Of a stretch of DNA of 64,000 nucleotides, positions 1 to 13,662 are shown piece after piece. Below the pieces are notes generated by a model. The model saw nothing but the letters and a program-made list of their open reading frames with translations, was not told the origin of the DNA and searched no databases. Within the stretch, counting starts at the first letter, position 1. Every line of letters starts with the position of its first letter. Source of the stretch: Octopus vulgaris (taxonomy: Eukaryota). Position numbers and translations under genes: made by a program. Location: contig OX597826.1 in assembly GCA_951406725.2 (NCBI GenBank), positions 61,194,001-61,258,000 on the forward strand, given 5' to 3'.

Positions 1-55
1 TGCTTTTGTAATCAATTGTTCCAGAAGCTGGCATTAGCTGGTGCAGTTCATAATG

Positions 56-313
56 TGGAGGCGCATTGGCCCAGTGGTTAGGGCAGCGGACTCGCGGTCA
101 TAGGATCGCAGTTTCGATTCCCAGACCGGGCGTTGTGAGTGTTTATTGAGCGAAAACACTCTCTGTGTCACGCTGAATATCCCCGAGAACTACGTTAAGA
201 GTACACGTGTCTGTGGAGTGCTCAGCCACTTACACGTTAATTTCATGAGCAGGTTGTTCCGTTGATTCGGATCAACCAGAACCCTCGTCGTCGTGACCGA
301 CGGAGTGCTTCCA
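56..313 (+). mobile_element. tRNA-derived SINE (family A)
   Basis: Pol III A box (tggcccagtgg) and B box (gtttcgattcc); head about 95% identical to the copy at 24215-24526. Confidence 0.8.
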
Positions 314-1330
314 GTTCATAATATTGCAGATCAATCAGAAATTGAAGAAATCCAAAGAATGTTGTGTTTTGTTATGATGGTGATTTAGCAAACATTTTCT
401 TTTTTTTTTTTTTAATTTCTTTGGGATTTTTTATAAGATGACCAGCACCAAATAAAGAAAACCTTAACCCAAAACAATATTTTACTTGTTTCAGTTATTT
501 CAATGTGGCCATGCTAGAGCACCATATCAATCCCAATATTTATTTTCAAATCTGGATCCTATATTAGTGAGTTCTGTTTGTGACACTACTAAGTGATGGG
601 ACATCGATAAAGAAGTCCTTTTTTTCCCTTCAAACACTATCAAAGAAAGACAGACTGAAACACACACACACACACACACACACAATGAACTTCTGCACAG
701 TTTCCTACTACTAAAATCACTCACCAATCATTGGTCAACACAAGGTTTTATATAAGAGTGGTATTGAACACAAGACCAAGTACTTGCTTAGCAAATTTCT
801 TGACCACACAGCCATACCTCCACCTCCAATATTTTACCGTTATATCAGGAACATGCTGGCAAGGTAGGCAGTGCCTACTTTGGATAAAATAGATCGATAA
901 CATTTTCCCGTCATGGTAAAACATGCACCTTATCATGAAAGTTACTCTAGTTACTATGTATAAAATGAAAATATTTTATTATTTTAAAGATTAGGTAGGC
1001 ATAATTCATCCCTGCTTTTCAATTTCAGTATTTAAGCTACGCATAGTACTGCTGTAGTACATGTGCTGCGTACATTCCTACAACAATGTTTTATTTACAT
1101 GCTATAAAGGCAGAAGTAAATCTGTCTACAACTCAGTCACGTGCCTGTGGTTTGCTTATTTTTTGTATGTTTTACTACATAGAGGTCACCACTGCCTGCC
1201 CTGAGTAATTACTGACGGCACGTGCCTGCATTATATCTACTCTGGCCTCACTGATGGCACTGTTAATCTAACAGAAAACCTCTCTAAGATCAGAGAACCA
1301 GTTGTGCATGTGTGTGCATATATATTGTAA

Positions 1331-1489
1331 CTACACTCACGGAGTGGTTGGCGTTAGGAAGGGCATCCAGCTGTAGAAACATTGCCAGATTAGACTGGAG
1401 CCTGGTGCAGCCTTCTGGCTTCCCAGAACCCCGGTCGAACCGTCCAACCCATGCTAGCATGGAGAACGGACGTTAAACGATGATGATGA
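1331..1489 (+). mobile_element. Retroposon 3' end with (GAT)n tail (family D); copies at 15380-15549, 23910-24149, 36960-37093, 37478-37747, 41384-41680, 45844-46100, 56365-56710, 61869-62022
   Basis: ggttggcgttaggaagggcatccagc...acccatgctagcatgg...gacgttaaacgatgatgat; variable 5' truncation. Confidence 0.82.
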
Positions 1490-1922
1490 AGCTGAGAATA
1501 TGTTGTGCCTCTTGAGTTTCAAGCCAGTGAGATCTTCAAGCGAAATGAGATATGTCTGAGGATTACAGTGGCATGAAACTCCCGTTGCAAAGCAAACTCT
1601 CAGCTTTTGGTTTCAATAAAACAGAAAAAAAAAACCTATATCCTCTTCAGCATGTATTAAGCACTCCTTTCTGATCTGTTCAACATTATGCAACATAAAT
1701 GTGAGTATGTATGTACATACACACGCATACATGTATAGATGTGTTCTTGGAGACATTGGCTCATACTTCTGTTTTATCCTAACATGTTCTAAATAGACAC
1801 TTTCTTTGCATTTCCTCAAATGAGGAACAAAGATAATAAAAAAATAAATAAATAAAAAGCCAGAAAACCCTAAAATGAAGGATGCAGGAGAGAGAAAAGT
1901 TTCAAAGCAGGCCCTTCCTCAC

Positions 1923-2234
1923 CTGATTGTATCATCTTTTGGTGAGACTGCACCGATATTGAAAGTGGGTTTGATTGCTGCCTCACATGTGCTGCCTCCA
2001 GGTGGCACCACTGGTGCTACTGCTGCTGCTGCTGCTGCTGCTACTGCGACTGGTGCTGCGTTTGGAACAGTTGTGACAGTAGGCCCTCCAAGTTGAGGTG
2101 AGGCAGAACCTGATGAAGGTGGGCTTGCTCCATGTCCGAGACTACTGGGCCCGGAGTTGTGTTGCTGTTGCTGCTGTTGTTGTTGTTGTTGTTGTGGTGT
2201 AGGACTAGGAGCAGGACTACTGCTTGGGTCTCGA
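1923..2234 (-). CDS. MYCBP2: MYCBP2 exon with polyQ/polyA: RDPSSSPAPSPTPQ(11)...KPTFNIGAVSPKDDTI
   Basis: tcctag/gtgagg boundaries, phase 2 to 2; end resembles human HFSIGKAPLKDE; gene continues beyond position 1. Confidence 0.88.
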
Positions 2235-3060
2235 CTAGGACACAGAAATGTATAATTTGGTTTTAAAAAGAGGGAAGAAAACTTTACAGTACAGCAAAGT
2301 TAACAACACTCCCTTTTTTATATTAGGATTCTGCATGTGTATGTGTGTAGAAAAAAAGAGTGTGTGCATGTGTGTGTGTGTGTGTGTGTGTATGCATGTC
2401 AGAGAGTATGCATGTACATCCATGAATATGTATGTGTATATGCATGCATATATTTGTGCATGTCTGTATGTGTATGCATATATATATACACACACACACA
2501 TACATGCATATATGTGATATTTACAAACAAGCATACATACAGTTACACATATACACCAACCATGTTCATATAAACACGTGGTGTATGAACATATATACAC
2601 ACACACACATGTATATACATGTATATACCAATCCATACATATATTTCAAAGAAAATTTAACATACATTTCATTTGTTAGAGAATATTGTGTGTTGCCTGT
2701 ATACATACACACACACACACTAACATGCACAAATACTAACACATACACACTATCATACACACTAACACTCAGACACAAAAATATACACACACTAAAACAT
2801 TAGAGAAAAACACAACCATACACACTAACATATATATACACCAACCCATGTACTAACACACACACATATACTAATACAGACACACATATACTAACACACA
2901 CCTACTGGGAACCCATGCATTGACACACACATTAACACACTCTAACTAACGCATATGCTATGAGCGCATGCGCTAACACATACAGACACCCATAGACAGA
3001 TATTAACACACATCAACACAGTAATACACATACACATACATACATACATACATACATACA

Positions 3061-3094
<34 letters not shown>

Positions 3095-3932
3095 CATACA
3101 TACATATATGATTGTTGTTAGCAGTAAGCAGCAAAGCAGTTTCTAGTTGAAGCAACAGGAGTGGCAGCAACAGCAGTGCAGTAGCAGCAGTTGAGGAAAT
3201 TGCTCAATCTGAGAGATGCAAGGAGGAAGGTAGGTGGTGGTAACAGTGGTGGGGAGAGAAACAAAACCAGAAAAAAAAAACAAAAAAAAAAAACAAAGAG
3301 AGTGGGAGAAAAAAATAAAATAAATTTTTTTTTTTTAAATTCAAGAGAAAAAAAAAGACAAATATAAATAAATAAAAGAGTCAATCATGTGACAAGTTTT
3401 TCATGATCAGAAGTGTTCACAAGAAACAGTGAGTGCTGTTGGGTTTGGTAGAAGTGTGTGTGTGTGGGTGGGTGATAGCAGTGCTGTGATGTTCATGCAT
3501 TCCTGTCAAGGCCATTTGTGAAGTGAAAGAAACCAAAAGTGAAACATGTGATTGTTTTATGACAGGAGATGGTCATTAATGGGTGGTCTGTGTCAACAGG
3601 TCTGGATGAAGCTGAAAGTGAAATATATAATTGTTTTGTGATTGGAGATGGTCATTGATGGGTCGTCAGTGTCAACAGGTTTGAAATGAAATAGCCCTTT
3701 ATTTGGTTGTGTGGATAAGAAGCTCCCTTTTGCAACCATATGGCTTCATGTTTAGCGCCACAGCATTGCACCTTGGGCAAAGAATCTTTTATTATACCAA
3801 TGCATTGTGAATGAATCTAGTAGATGGAAATTATATCAAAGCCCATCACATGTATGTGTACAGACACACACAAGGTGGGCCAAAAGTCATGCACCAAGAT
3901 AAAAAAACTCATTTACCATATATGACAGATAA

Positions 3933-4331
3933 TCTTTATATATAAAAGTCAAGTTGTGTGTCTGTCTCCTACGATTTATATTCCTAATTACTCCCACATT
4001 TTGCGGTGCAGTTTAACCAAAACCGGGTATCTTATAGTCGTGATTTATATCGAGCCCTTCTGGGTATTAGTGCACGTCTACAATGAGTCTACGATTTAAA
4101 AAAAAATTTACCATCATTTTTTTCCATTTTAATGCATTTTTTTCGCTATTATATAAGGGAAGTAACTCTCTAAAAATGTCTACAATGAGTCAACGATTTT
4201 TTCAAAAATTTACCATAATTTTTTTTCCTTTTTTAATGCATTTTTTTGCTATTTTTTGGCTATAACTCTCTAAAAATGCTTATATAGTTATTTCCCTTAC
4301 AAACCCGAGCAACGCCGGGCGATACTGCTAG
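3933..4331 (+). mobile_element. Non-autonomous Helitron
   Basis: Inserted between A and T; 5' TC, 3' CTAG; subterminal hairpin cccgagcaacgccggg. Confidence 0.85.
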
Positions 4332-4663
4332 TTATATATACATGCATATGCGTGGGTTTAAGCTTGTACCCCCTCTAGCATTTACCAGTAGGTGTTTGTT
4401 TGCATCCCTGTAAAACATGGTGGTCCAATAAAAAGAGATCAATAGGAATGAGTGCCAGATGATGAAAATTAAGTATTTGGAAAAGTTCATTGGACCAAAA
4501 ACCCCATAGACTGGTGCCCCAGGTTGGTCACAGACCAATGGCCAAAACAAGAAAAAGATAAAAGATACGGGTTAATGGAGCAAGTGAAATGAAATAGCTC
4601 CCAACAGTGGATAAATTTGACCCTTTCATTATCAAGGGGGTTCATCAATGAGTGACCAATATT

Positions 4664-5062
4664 CTCTTTTACTTGTTTCAGTCATTTGACCGTGGCCATG
4701 CTGGAGCACCGCCTTTAGTCGAGCAAATCGACCCCGGGGACTTATTCTTTGTAAGCCTAGTACTTATTCTAGCGGTCTCTTTTGCCGAACCGCTAAGTGA
4801 CGGGGACGTAAACACACCAGCATCGGTCGTCAATCAATGCTAGGGGGACAAACACAGACACACAAACATATACACACACATACATGTATACATATATACG
4901 ACAGGCTTCTTTCAGTTTCCGTCTACCAAATCCACTCACAAGGCATTGGTCGGCCCGAGGCTATAGCAGAAGACACTTGCCCAAGATGCCACACAGTGGG
5001 ACTGAACCTGGAACCATGTGGTTGGTAAGCAAGCTACTTACCACACAGCCACTCCTGCGCCT
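4664..5062 (-). mobile_element. tRNA-derived SINE with internal microsatellite (family B)
   Basis: Near-identical copies at 16973-17413(+), 26469-26889(-), 27646-28042(-), 45062-45466(-); partial at 46748-46925, 47707-48299, 51340-51842. Confidence 0.88.
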
Positions 5063-6019
5063 ATATATTAATGTTTAGAGCATGTGGAGTTGACAGCACT
5101 GACATTCATGTAATTTCTCCAACAGTCATTACAGTTTTATTAAGAGTGAAAGGAAACAGCGACAAGAGTCGATCACGTGACCATTTCAGGACCTGAGGTA
5201 TTCAGCAATGAGTGACCAGTACTGTTAGTTTTAGTGGATGTGTAGGTGATACGGTGTTGTGATGTTCATGCAGTTTCCCAAAGCCCAAATACCAGTGCTC
5301 GACTGGTATTTATTTCATAGACTCCAAAAAGGACAAAAGACAGAGGCAACTTTGACAGAATTTTTAACTCAGATTGTAAAATCGGAAGAAATGCTACTGA
5401 TAATTTTTACTAGTCCTTTCCTTTTTTTTTTTTTTTGCAGAGGGAAGGGGATGGTCAATTTCATTAACCCCAGAACTTGATTGACAGGTACTTTATTTAT
5501 TTTTTTTTTTCCAAAAGGATGAAAGGCTAGGTTGACCATGGCAGAATTAGAACTCAGAATGTGAAGAACCAAAAGAAATGTGGCTAAGCATTTTGTCCAA
5601 TGCACTAATGCCAACTCACCAGTTTAATAATAATAATAATAATAATAATCCTTTCCACTACAGGCACAAGGCCTGAAATTTAGGGAAGGGAGATAGTCAA
5701 TTACATCGATCCCAGTGTGTAACTGGTACTTAACTTATTGATCCTGAAACGATGAAAAGCAAAGTCAACCTCAGCAGAATTTGAACTCAGAACATAGCGA
5801 CAGATGAAATACTGCTAAGCATTTCGTCCAGCATGCTAATGATTCTGCCAGCTTGCTGCCTTAAGTAATAATAATGATGATAATGATAATTTTCACGTAG
5901 ATAGAGAACCAGAAATTTTGGGAAGAGCGAACAGTTGATTACAGCAACTACAGTACTTGTCTGCTGTTTTATTTTATCATTATTTACAATGGACAGATAG
6001 GTGTTTGTTAATATCACAT

Positions 6020-6436
6020 CTTGTTGTTGATATCACAACGTTCTGGTTGATGTATTCTCCAGCCTTCATCAGGTGTTCTGGTAGAATTTCGAACCCAAAC
6101 CCTTTATTTGACTAATGGGGTACACTGTTCTCATTCCTTAGGTATGTTGCTGATGTTATTTTTCTGTTGATATCATTTTTCAAGTCCCAGAATAACCAGA
6201 GATGATGACAGAGAGAAAATCCAACAAGATCTAGAAAAGTTGTACAAGAAAGAATTTGAGAAGGTGAAGACAGGCCAGATTAAGAAGTTTATGAAGCTCA
6301 AAGGCCAGAGACTAAAAACCAAAGTTCGTCACCCACTTTCGTAAACAGTAATTAACGTAAGTAGCTAACATCTGGACAACTCTGGAGAAGCAGTACTAAA
6401 CAAAGGTTTCAACTTTGCGATAACCATCAAGCGCAA
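6020..6436 (+). mobile_element. Penelope-like element fragment with inverted pLTR remnant
   Basis: Decayed ORF ...KEFEKVKTGQIKKFMKLK...VINVSS*HLDNSGEAVLNKGFNFAIT (PLE N-terminal motif); degenerate hammerhead on - strand at ~6035-6080. Confidence 0.75.
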
Positions 6437-6913
6437 GTCAACTTTCATCATTCAGGGTCAATAAATTAAGTACCAGTTCAGCACTGTTGGGGTCAGTGTA
6501 ATTGACCTCCTCTAAAATTGCTCATCTTGAGCCAAAATTTGAAGCTACTTATTGTTATTTTTGAAACAAATACAAGTTCATCAATATTGATATGAAAGAA
6601 CATTTCAGCTATTTCAACCCCAGTATATGACAGTTACCTAGTTCCCTGTGACACCCTACCACACGCAATGATGAAAGGCATCTCACTGAGATTTCCACTT
6701 GGAACATAAAGAGATGTGGCTGAATACCACAATACCATTCTGATCATTTCGCCACCATTGATAACAACAAACGCTATGGATGATGATGATGATAACATGA
6801 CATCGGAAGACATGACAAATCATGCAGGGATGAACGGAATAGTACAGATGCAAAACAAAGCAACAACAGCATGCATGCATTGCATTATTCAATACATCCC
6901 ATGCCATTGTTAC

Positions 6914-7022
6914 CGGCAATAAAAATGGGTGTAAAATTCCGGTGAAGAGTAGGGAGACGGAGGTGAGGAAGATGATGATTTAACTTTTGTTAATAAATAA
7001 TAAGCATGTAAACTTGTTTGTG
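6914..7022 (-). CDS. MYCBP2: Candidate mutually exclusive exon AQTSLHAYYLLTKVKSSSSSPPSPYSSPEFYTHFYCR
   Basis: ttttcttag acceptor, CCG|gtaaca donor, phase 1 to 2 as in exon 10375-10612; TGCATG motifs downstream. Confidence 0.45.
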
Positions 7023-9021
7023 CTAAGAAAATATTTCAAAATATTGCAAAAAAAAAAAAAAGGAAATTTTTCAAATTAAATTAAACGCAAAAAAAAAAGC
7101 ATTAAAAACAAGAACCTGTGCACAACCATTTTTAAACTTGTAAACATATACGTGTGTGTGTGTGTGTGTGTGTGTGTACATACACACCCATCCTCATATA
7201 TCATATGTGTATTGTTCCAAAAATAAAGGAACACAGTATTAAATGAATCAGATGTAAGTGAAAAATAGAACCTATGAGGAAAATGGGTTTTGTTTCAAGA
7301 CACCATGTGGTACTAAGCATTGCAGATGATCGGTCTAAGCAGAATCTTGGACTGATTATCACTCTGTATCATCACAGATCAGTTTGTGATAAGCATAACA
7401 TGATTCACAATCAGTATATCAAATTATCCCAGATCAGTGATGAATGAATCAGTGATAAACAAGGATAGATATCTATGTATATAAAACCTTCAACTTTTCC
7501 TATCCAAAAGGAGTTTTATAACCCAATATTTACACGCTATTATTCATAGCTTTATTTGCTTCAAGGTCCGCTGTTCCAAAAACAGAATTATTTCACATTC
7601 TCTTGAAGTTTATAAATTCTTATGATGTCAACAACATATAGCTGTTGTTGCTAAGAATAAAGTTTCTAAAACGAATAGAGAAATTTGAAGGATTGCTTTG
7701 GTCCAGTGGTGGAATTCCCATCATGGTTACAAGAGATGTGGGTTCAAGTCCCAAAGACATCTTTCAACTTTTTCTATCCAAGGGATTTTTTTTAATCCAG
7801 TATTTAAACACTATCATTTATAGCTTTATCTGCTCCAAGATCCACTTTCCCAAATACTATTATAAATTAATATGTATAAATTTAGTGCTCTAATATGAAT
7901 AAATCAATATATACACACTTCCATATCTTATGAAGTACTTTGCTCAAATATGTGGTCCTACTAGTTACTAAAACAGTAACTAGTAGAACAACAAATCCAC
8001 TTAAATATACATATATTAATTAAATAAGGCATTAACAGTATATATGAGAATAAATTTGTAAATTTACCAAGTTCATATCAGGTGTCCAGTTTTGATAGCT
8101 CATTTAAGTAATGAACTGAGATATCTTAGTATTAATACATGAACACTGTCGTTTCTGTCCTGATCTTGCATCACTATGTTCTCTCATCTGTTAGCAAAAC
8201 TTAAGCCAGTCCTGAAGAAGCTTAAACATTGAAACTAGTTGATTAACTCTTTTATCCGCATTACTGAGAGTGTTATAGTATAATCACATGGTGGGTTTAA
8301 TTTCTATGGGTCTATATCATGGATTTATAATAAATGTTTATTTAGCATATCTGAGTAAATCTATATAGGATGGTCATGGCTGGAATGCCTTTAATCATAG
8401 ACTGGTGCAATCAGTGCTGACCTGGGGATGGGGCTAACCAACAACACAAAGAAGCCCATGAGAATGCATCTACAAAATTGAGTAACCTGCAAGAAATAGC
8501 AGGCTAATCTCCTTCAAATCACATCCTACCATTCAAAAGATTTTTTTTTTTTTTTTTTGAAAAAGGGATACATTGGATGATGTAGTCAGAATACACTAGG
8601 CCTAAAAAACAAACAAACAAACAGGAAGAGCACAGCTGAAATACTTTTCATCATACACAATATAATAAAGGTTGACCTGGACCTAAACAACAACAACAAC
8701 AAAACAGACTGAATGATGCTTTTATAAAACTTGTCCTTCAATCAATCTTTCTGAGCTCAGTGGCCCTCACCAAATTCCCTAATTCACTCTACAGACAATC
8801 ACACAACTGCAGGAACCCACTATGTGATTGCTCGATTTATATCATACTTTCATTTGTTTGACTAGTACATTGCTTATAGTCAACTCTTGTTTGCCTGGAC
8901 ACCTTTATTCTCTGTTTAGCATTGGTCCAGTCTGAGCACTAATTGTCTGAATCTATTATATGCTTTTTTCATGTATCCTTACCATTTATTTTAGTTCACA
9001 TACTACAGTCTTAAAATTAAA

Positions 9022-9416
9022 CTAGCAGTATCGCCCAGCGTTGCTCGAGTTTGTTTTCAACCCTTTAGAATTGGACTTTTTGAAAAGTAAAAATTTTGCA
9101 TTATGTAGCTTGTTATTCCCTTTAAGTGAACATTTTTCTGGTTGAAATACACCGAAAAATGGCGACACAGCTGGTAAAAAAATCGTAAAAAATCGGGATT
9201 TTCATAGAAAAAAAAGCACCTTTTTGATGTAAATAATTTTTGGTGTTAACATGGTCCGATTTGAATTTTTTCTTCTACGGAAGGAAGAGCAAGTCTTCTT
9301 CTATCATACTCTCAATTTTGGACAACTTGTGCCGCAAGGTCTCGGAGGAGATAGTGTTAGTTGAAGGCTATCAAACCTGCCATACACAGACAACTTCAGC
9401 TTTATATATAGAGAGA
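9022..9416 (-). mobile_element. Non-autonomous Helitron (second subfamily)
   Basis: Same 3' hairpin + GATACTGCTAG end and a similar TCTxTATATATAAA start, on the - strand. Confidence 0.85.
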
Positions 9417-9769
9417 TGGGAAATAGATCACTTAATCACCAAGGTACAAGAACACTCTGGCTAACCTTCAATAGCCTTAAGTGGAGAAGTAGGCCTACAA
9501 TTAGCATAAGTTACTAAAGGCATGTTGAGCAGATCAGAAACCACCGACTGGAAGACATGCTAGGTATACACTGTACAAAAAACAACAATAAAAAAAAGAT
9601 GGGGTGATGGTCAGCATTGGAATGCTTAGACTACTGGTCTAACTGAAAATGAGGCTTAAATGATGACACCCAAACAAAACACTCCAGCATCATTCAATAC
9701 TTCACCTGCACAGGTACCACACAAATGTATTGAAATACCTCTTTTATCACAACTGTAATGCTTAAGTAA

Positions 9770-10345
9770 CAAACTTAATGCTCAACTAAAATAGCTGTAA
9801 TCCTTAGTTGAGACAGTTTTAATGCTCATTTCGTAGTTTTACTGCTCAGTTATAAAATTTCAATGATCAGTTGATATAATTTTTTACTCAGTTAATAGTT
9901 TTAATGTTCAGATAATGGTCTTTTCCTGCTCATTCACTATAGTTTCATTGCTCAGTTATAGTTTTGATGCTCAGTTATAGATTTAATGCTCAGTTATAGT
10001 TTTATGGCTCAGTTATAACTGAGCAGTTGTTACTGCTCAGTTATAGTCGTATTGCTCGGCTAATGCAGTTTTTACTGCTCATTTGATATAGCTTTATTGC
10101 TCAGTTAAAGTTTTAATGCTCAACTAATGCAATTTTACCTGCTCATTTATATAGTTTTATTGCTTAGTTTTAAAGCCCAGTTAATGCAGTTTTTACTGCT
10201 CATTCATTACAGTTTTATCGCTTAGTTAACAGTTTTAATATTCAGTTAATACAGCTTTAATAGTTAATTAATGTAATGTTAATGTTCAATTAATATAGTT
10301 TGAATGCTCAATTAATATAGTTTTGGTGCTCAATTAGTAAGACTT
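9770..10345. repeat. Degenerate minisatellite (about 20 bp, ttttaatgctcagttatag)
   Basis: Tandem unit visible many times. Confidence 0.85.
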
Positions 10346-10374
10346 TAAAACGACAACAAGAAAAAGAAGCTCAC

Positions 10375-10612
10375 CTTGATCTAACTGGTGACAACTGGCG
10401 TGAGTGATCAGAGACAGGACTTTCCGATACCGCTCTCTCCACGCTGGGTTCCCGGGGCAAGTTTCCCCGCAGTGCTCTCTGAGCAAAAGCACTAGCTGGT
10501 ACTGCTGCGGAGGGCAAATCCTCCTTTATCACCACCACCTGCTCTTTGCCCTCCTTTCTGCTGTTTTCCTCTTTCTGGGAAATCCGCATAGGAGATCCGT
10601 GTCGGGAAGACC
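10375..10612 (-). CDS. MYCBP2: MYCBP2 exon: GSSRHGSPMRISQKEE...RQLSPVRS
   Basis: ttctag/gtgagc boundaries, phase 1 to 2, GC-rich open frame in AT-rich intron context. Confidence 0.85.
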
Positions 10613-11800
10613 CTAGAATGTTGACAATGGACGAAAACAGTCATACATGATACACCTTGCAGTTTAGTGATAGAAGGGGAAAAACACAACAAATGAAAAA
10701 CTGAATTTGTATGCATACAGACATATATATATACACACATATACATACATACATACAGGGACACTACCAATTTTCAGACAACCTTGGTTCCAGGTTCATG
10801 CCAGATAATCCATGTTGTTAGACTTAAAAGTGGTTACATAATAATAATAACTCTAAGTAAATTCTTAGAAGACTGATGTCACATTAATAATTTTTTTTCC
10901 TACTAAACCTTCACTACACACTTTTGCTTATTCACTAGAAAACAACCGGTCAACTATCATAATATGAAGATGCAAACATTGAAAAACAAAAATGGAATCT
11001 AAAGCCACATACTAACTTCCTAACCAGTGGACCCCCAAACGAGATCTCTAGAAATTGAATGTGGAGTGCATATATTTATCATTTCTTTTTACGCTGATTC
11101 TGTGTTCTCTGTGCAGTGAAGGTAAGTTAACTATTAATTTACTTAAAACACAGAAAGAGTCCTTAATGGGTTCACATGTGATGGTAGACTTAGCTTTAAA
11201 CATTTGCACCTTCATATTATTAGTGTTAGCGAGAGTGTTTCAGCTTTCTAGTGAATAAATGCATGTATGTCTTAAAGGCCTGATAGCGAAAAAAAATTAA
11301 CAATAGTTGTCCTCACATAACTATAGATCAATTAAAATAGGTACCAGGTCATCAGCTGTCAGAAATTGGTTATGTACCTGTATGTGTGTATGTCTATATA
11401 ACTACTATTACAATTAATAACTTGTTCTTTCGAACAAGTATAATATCACACAAAAATACAGAGGTTGACATAATAGTAGTGGGGTATAATGAAAAAATGT
11501 TGCATAAGTTTTGTTGCTACATATATACAAGTTCAAAATACTGATTTGCCATTTCAACATATTTGGACGGTAATTAAAAGAGGGTCTAACTTATTATAAG
11601 ATTGGTTAAGCTAATTATAAATTGAGCCTTTAGAAAAAAGAGATATATTGAAACAACAAATTAATATGTCCAAATAGTATATGTGTAACAACCAGAAGTG
11701 AATAAAATCTGTGCACACACATACACACACATCACATACGTATGCAATGTGTATACAGATGTACATATATTGCATATGGGGTTCATATTTGCACACACAT

Positions 11801-11847
<47 letters not shown>

Positions 11848-12556
11848 ATTTACATAGATATTTACAAGTGCGGTAAAAATGAATTCAGACACAAGACAGT
11901 TACATAAAAAAACATATTCTTATCTACAATTTTCTTCCTTTCAAATCAAGGGGGTAACGTCAGTGTAAATAAATATATTTTGGGGTAATTGGTCAAAAAA
12001 GTTCAAGGCCCCTGATCTAAATGTACCTTATTTAATGCTCCATCTCCATCAGAGAGGGGGGAAAAAAAAGGAAAAAAGAACCTTATCAGACAACTTCTTG
12101 AGGGCGACAAACACAAAGTAGAATCCTTTGTTCTTTTCTCTCAGACATTCTAGAAATATAGCAGCTGTGGTTACATATCTTGCAGCAAACCCAGCCTGTA
12201 CATTATCCAGCCTAGTTCTATACTGAACCCTAATCCATCACTTTTCTTGTATAGTTAGTTCATCAAGGTTGAACCTTCTATAACTAAACATTTCAAGCAT
12301 ACCACTTGGTAAGAAAGAATTGGGCCTTGATTATGGGTATAAAAACAAACACTGCCTCTCATAATATGGGAACAGATAATGTCCCCACAGGTATCCTCTC
12401 ATTCTCATTAACATATGTGTGTGTGTGTGTGTGTGTATAAATACATCACACACACACACAATTTGATATTGATGATTAACTGAAAAAAACAACATGATCA
12501 AGAAATCGAAAACAGAAAGAAAGAGACAGATTTGGTTAGAAAGAATGTGACATTAA

Positions 12557-13662
12557 CCCTTTCGTTACCAAACCGCCCAAAGCCGCCCGAAAAAAATTTT
12601 GGTTAATGTGACCAAACCGCCCAAAGCCGCCCAAATTTACCTATTCATATTTAAATGAGAATATCAGAGCAAATCTCTTTAGTACATTCGTGAAAACATG
12701 TGATTATGCTTCGTAAACAATTCATCTACAGTTTTGTACAATGATCGACATGTAATTTTAATTCCCTGAATTTTGGGAGATTTTTTCCACATTTTTTTCA
12801 GCATCGATTTTTCTTCAACTTTGAAAATGGATTGGAGTTTCATGTTATCAAGCATTGATTCCGAATTGGAAAATTTGTGAAGCAAATACTGGGTACTGTT
12901 GTGGATTTAGTTTTTACACAGGGAAACTAATGTTAGTCAGCATGGCTTAGAGTATGATGTGGTCTGGAAGTTATTGTTTGAAGCGATCAATGCGGAAACA
13001 GACTTACGCAAAATGTAAACAAACACAAAATGGGGGTTCAAATTTCGGAAAATTTGTGAAGCAAATACTGGGTACTGCGTGGATTTAGTTTTTATACAGG
13101 GAAAATAATGTTAGTCAGCATGGCCTAGGGAACGATGTGGTCTGGAATTTATCACTTCCATACCATAACCAGGGCCGTATATTATTTTTTGACCGATTTC
13201 TTTAGTTCGGTCAAACTTGCGGTGGATTGCAGTATTTCACTTTATTCCACCTTTACGGTACACCTGTTGTGCATTAAATTCAACTGATGTATAATGATGT
13301 GCACAATTCTTCTTTATCAAAATTTTGTTGCATACTCATATGAATATTAGCTGATGATTCATTTTCTATGTTTAAACAAAATTTTAATATTTTTACCTTT
13401 TGCTCAATTTGAAATTTTAATATTTTTACCTTTTGCTCAATTTACCTGGATTTACCTGTAATTAAAGTCACTTTGAGACAAAAGTTATGCAATAGAATTG
13501 ATTAAGAACCCTTTCTTTAATTATGTTCCAAATATCACAATATGTTGATAAGTAAAAAAGTTACAGTTATTTAATGAAACAAGCCTAGATTCCTGATTAT
13601 TTTAGAATTTAATTGAAACTCATGAGGGGTGTATTTTGGTCAGAAATATAGTAACGAAAGGT
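12557..13662. mobile_element. Non-autonomous piggyBac-type element
   Basis: TTAA on both sides; CCCTTTCGTTAC / GTAACGAAAGG termini; internal direct repeats (accaaaccgcccaaagccgccc x2; about 105 bp x2). Confidence 0.85.

Noticed and set aside
56-135. tRNA-like sequence (also 7697-7760, 24450-24526, 48949-49020)
   Set aside because: SINE heads: A and B boxes are present, but there is no proper acceptor stem and they run on into SINE bodies.
1875-2096. Plus-strand ORFs overlapping exons (also 10404-10616, 47366-47608, 53537-53734, 61392-61601)
   Set aside because: Antisense shadows of MYCBP2 exons.
2235-2803. ORFs rich in YI, CV and HT repeats (also at 11.6, 17, 24.4, 26.5, 34.2 and 42 kb)
   Set aside because: Stop-free dinucleotide microsatellites, not genes.
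8208-8244. CUGAAGA...GAAA-CUAG-UU hammerhead-like motif
   Set aside because: Stem II barely pairs; treated only as a decayed Penelope remnant.
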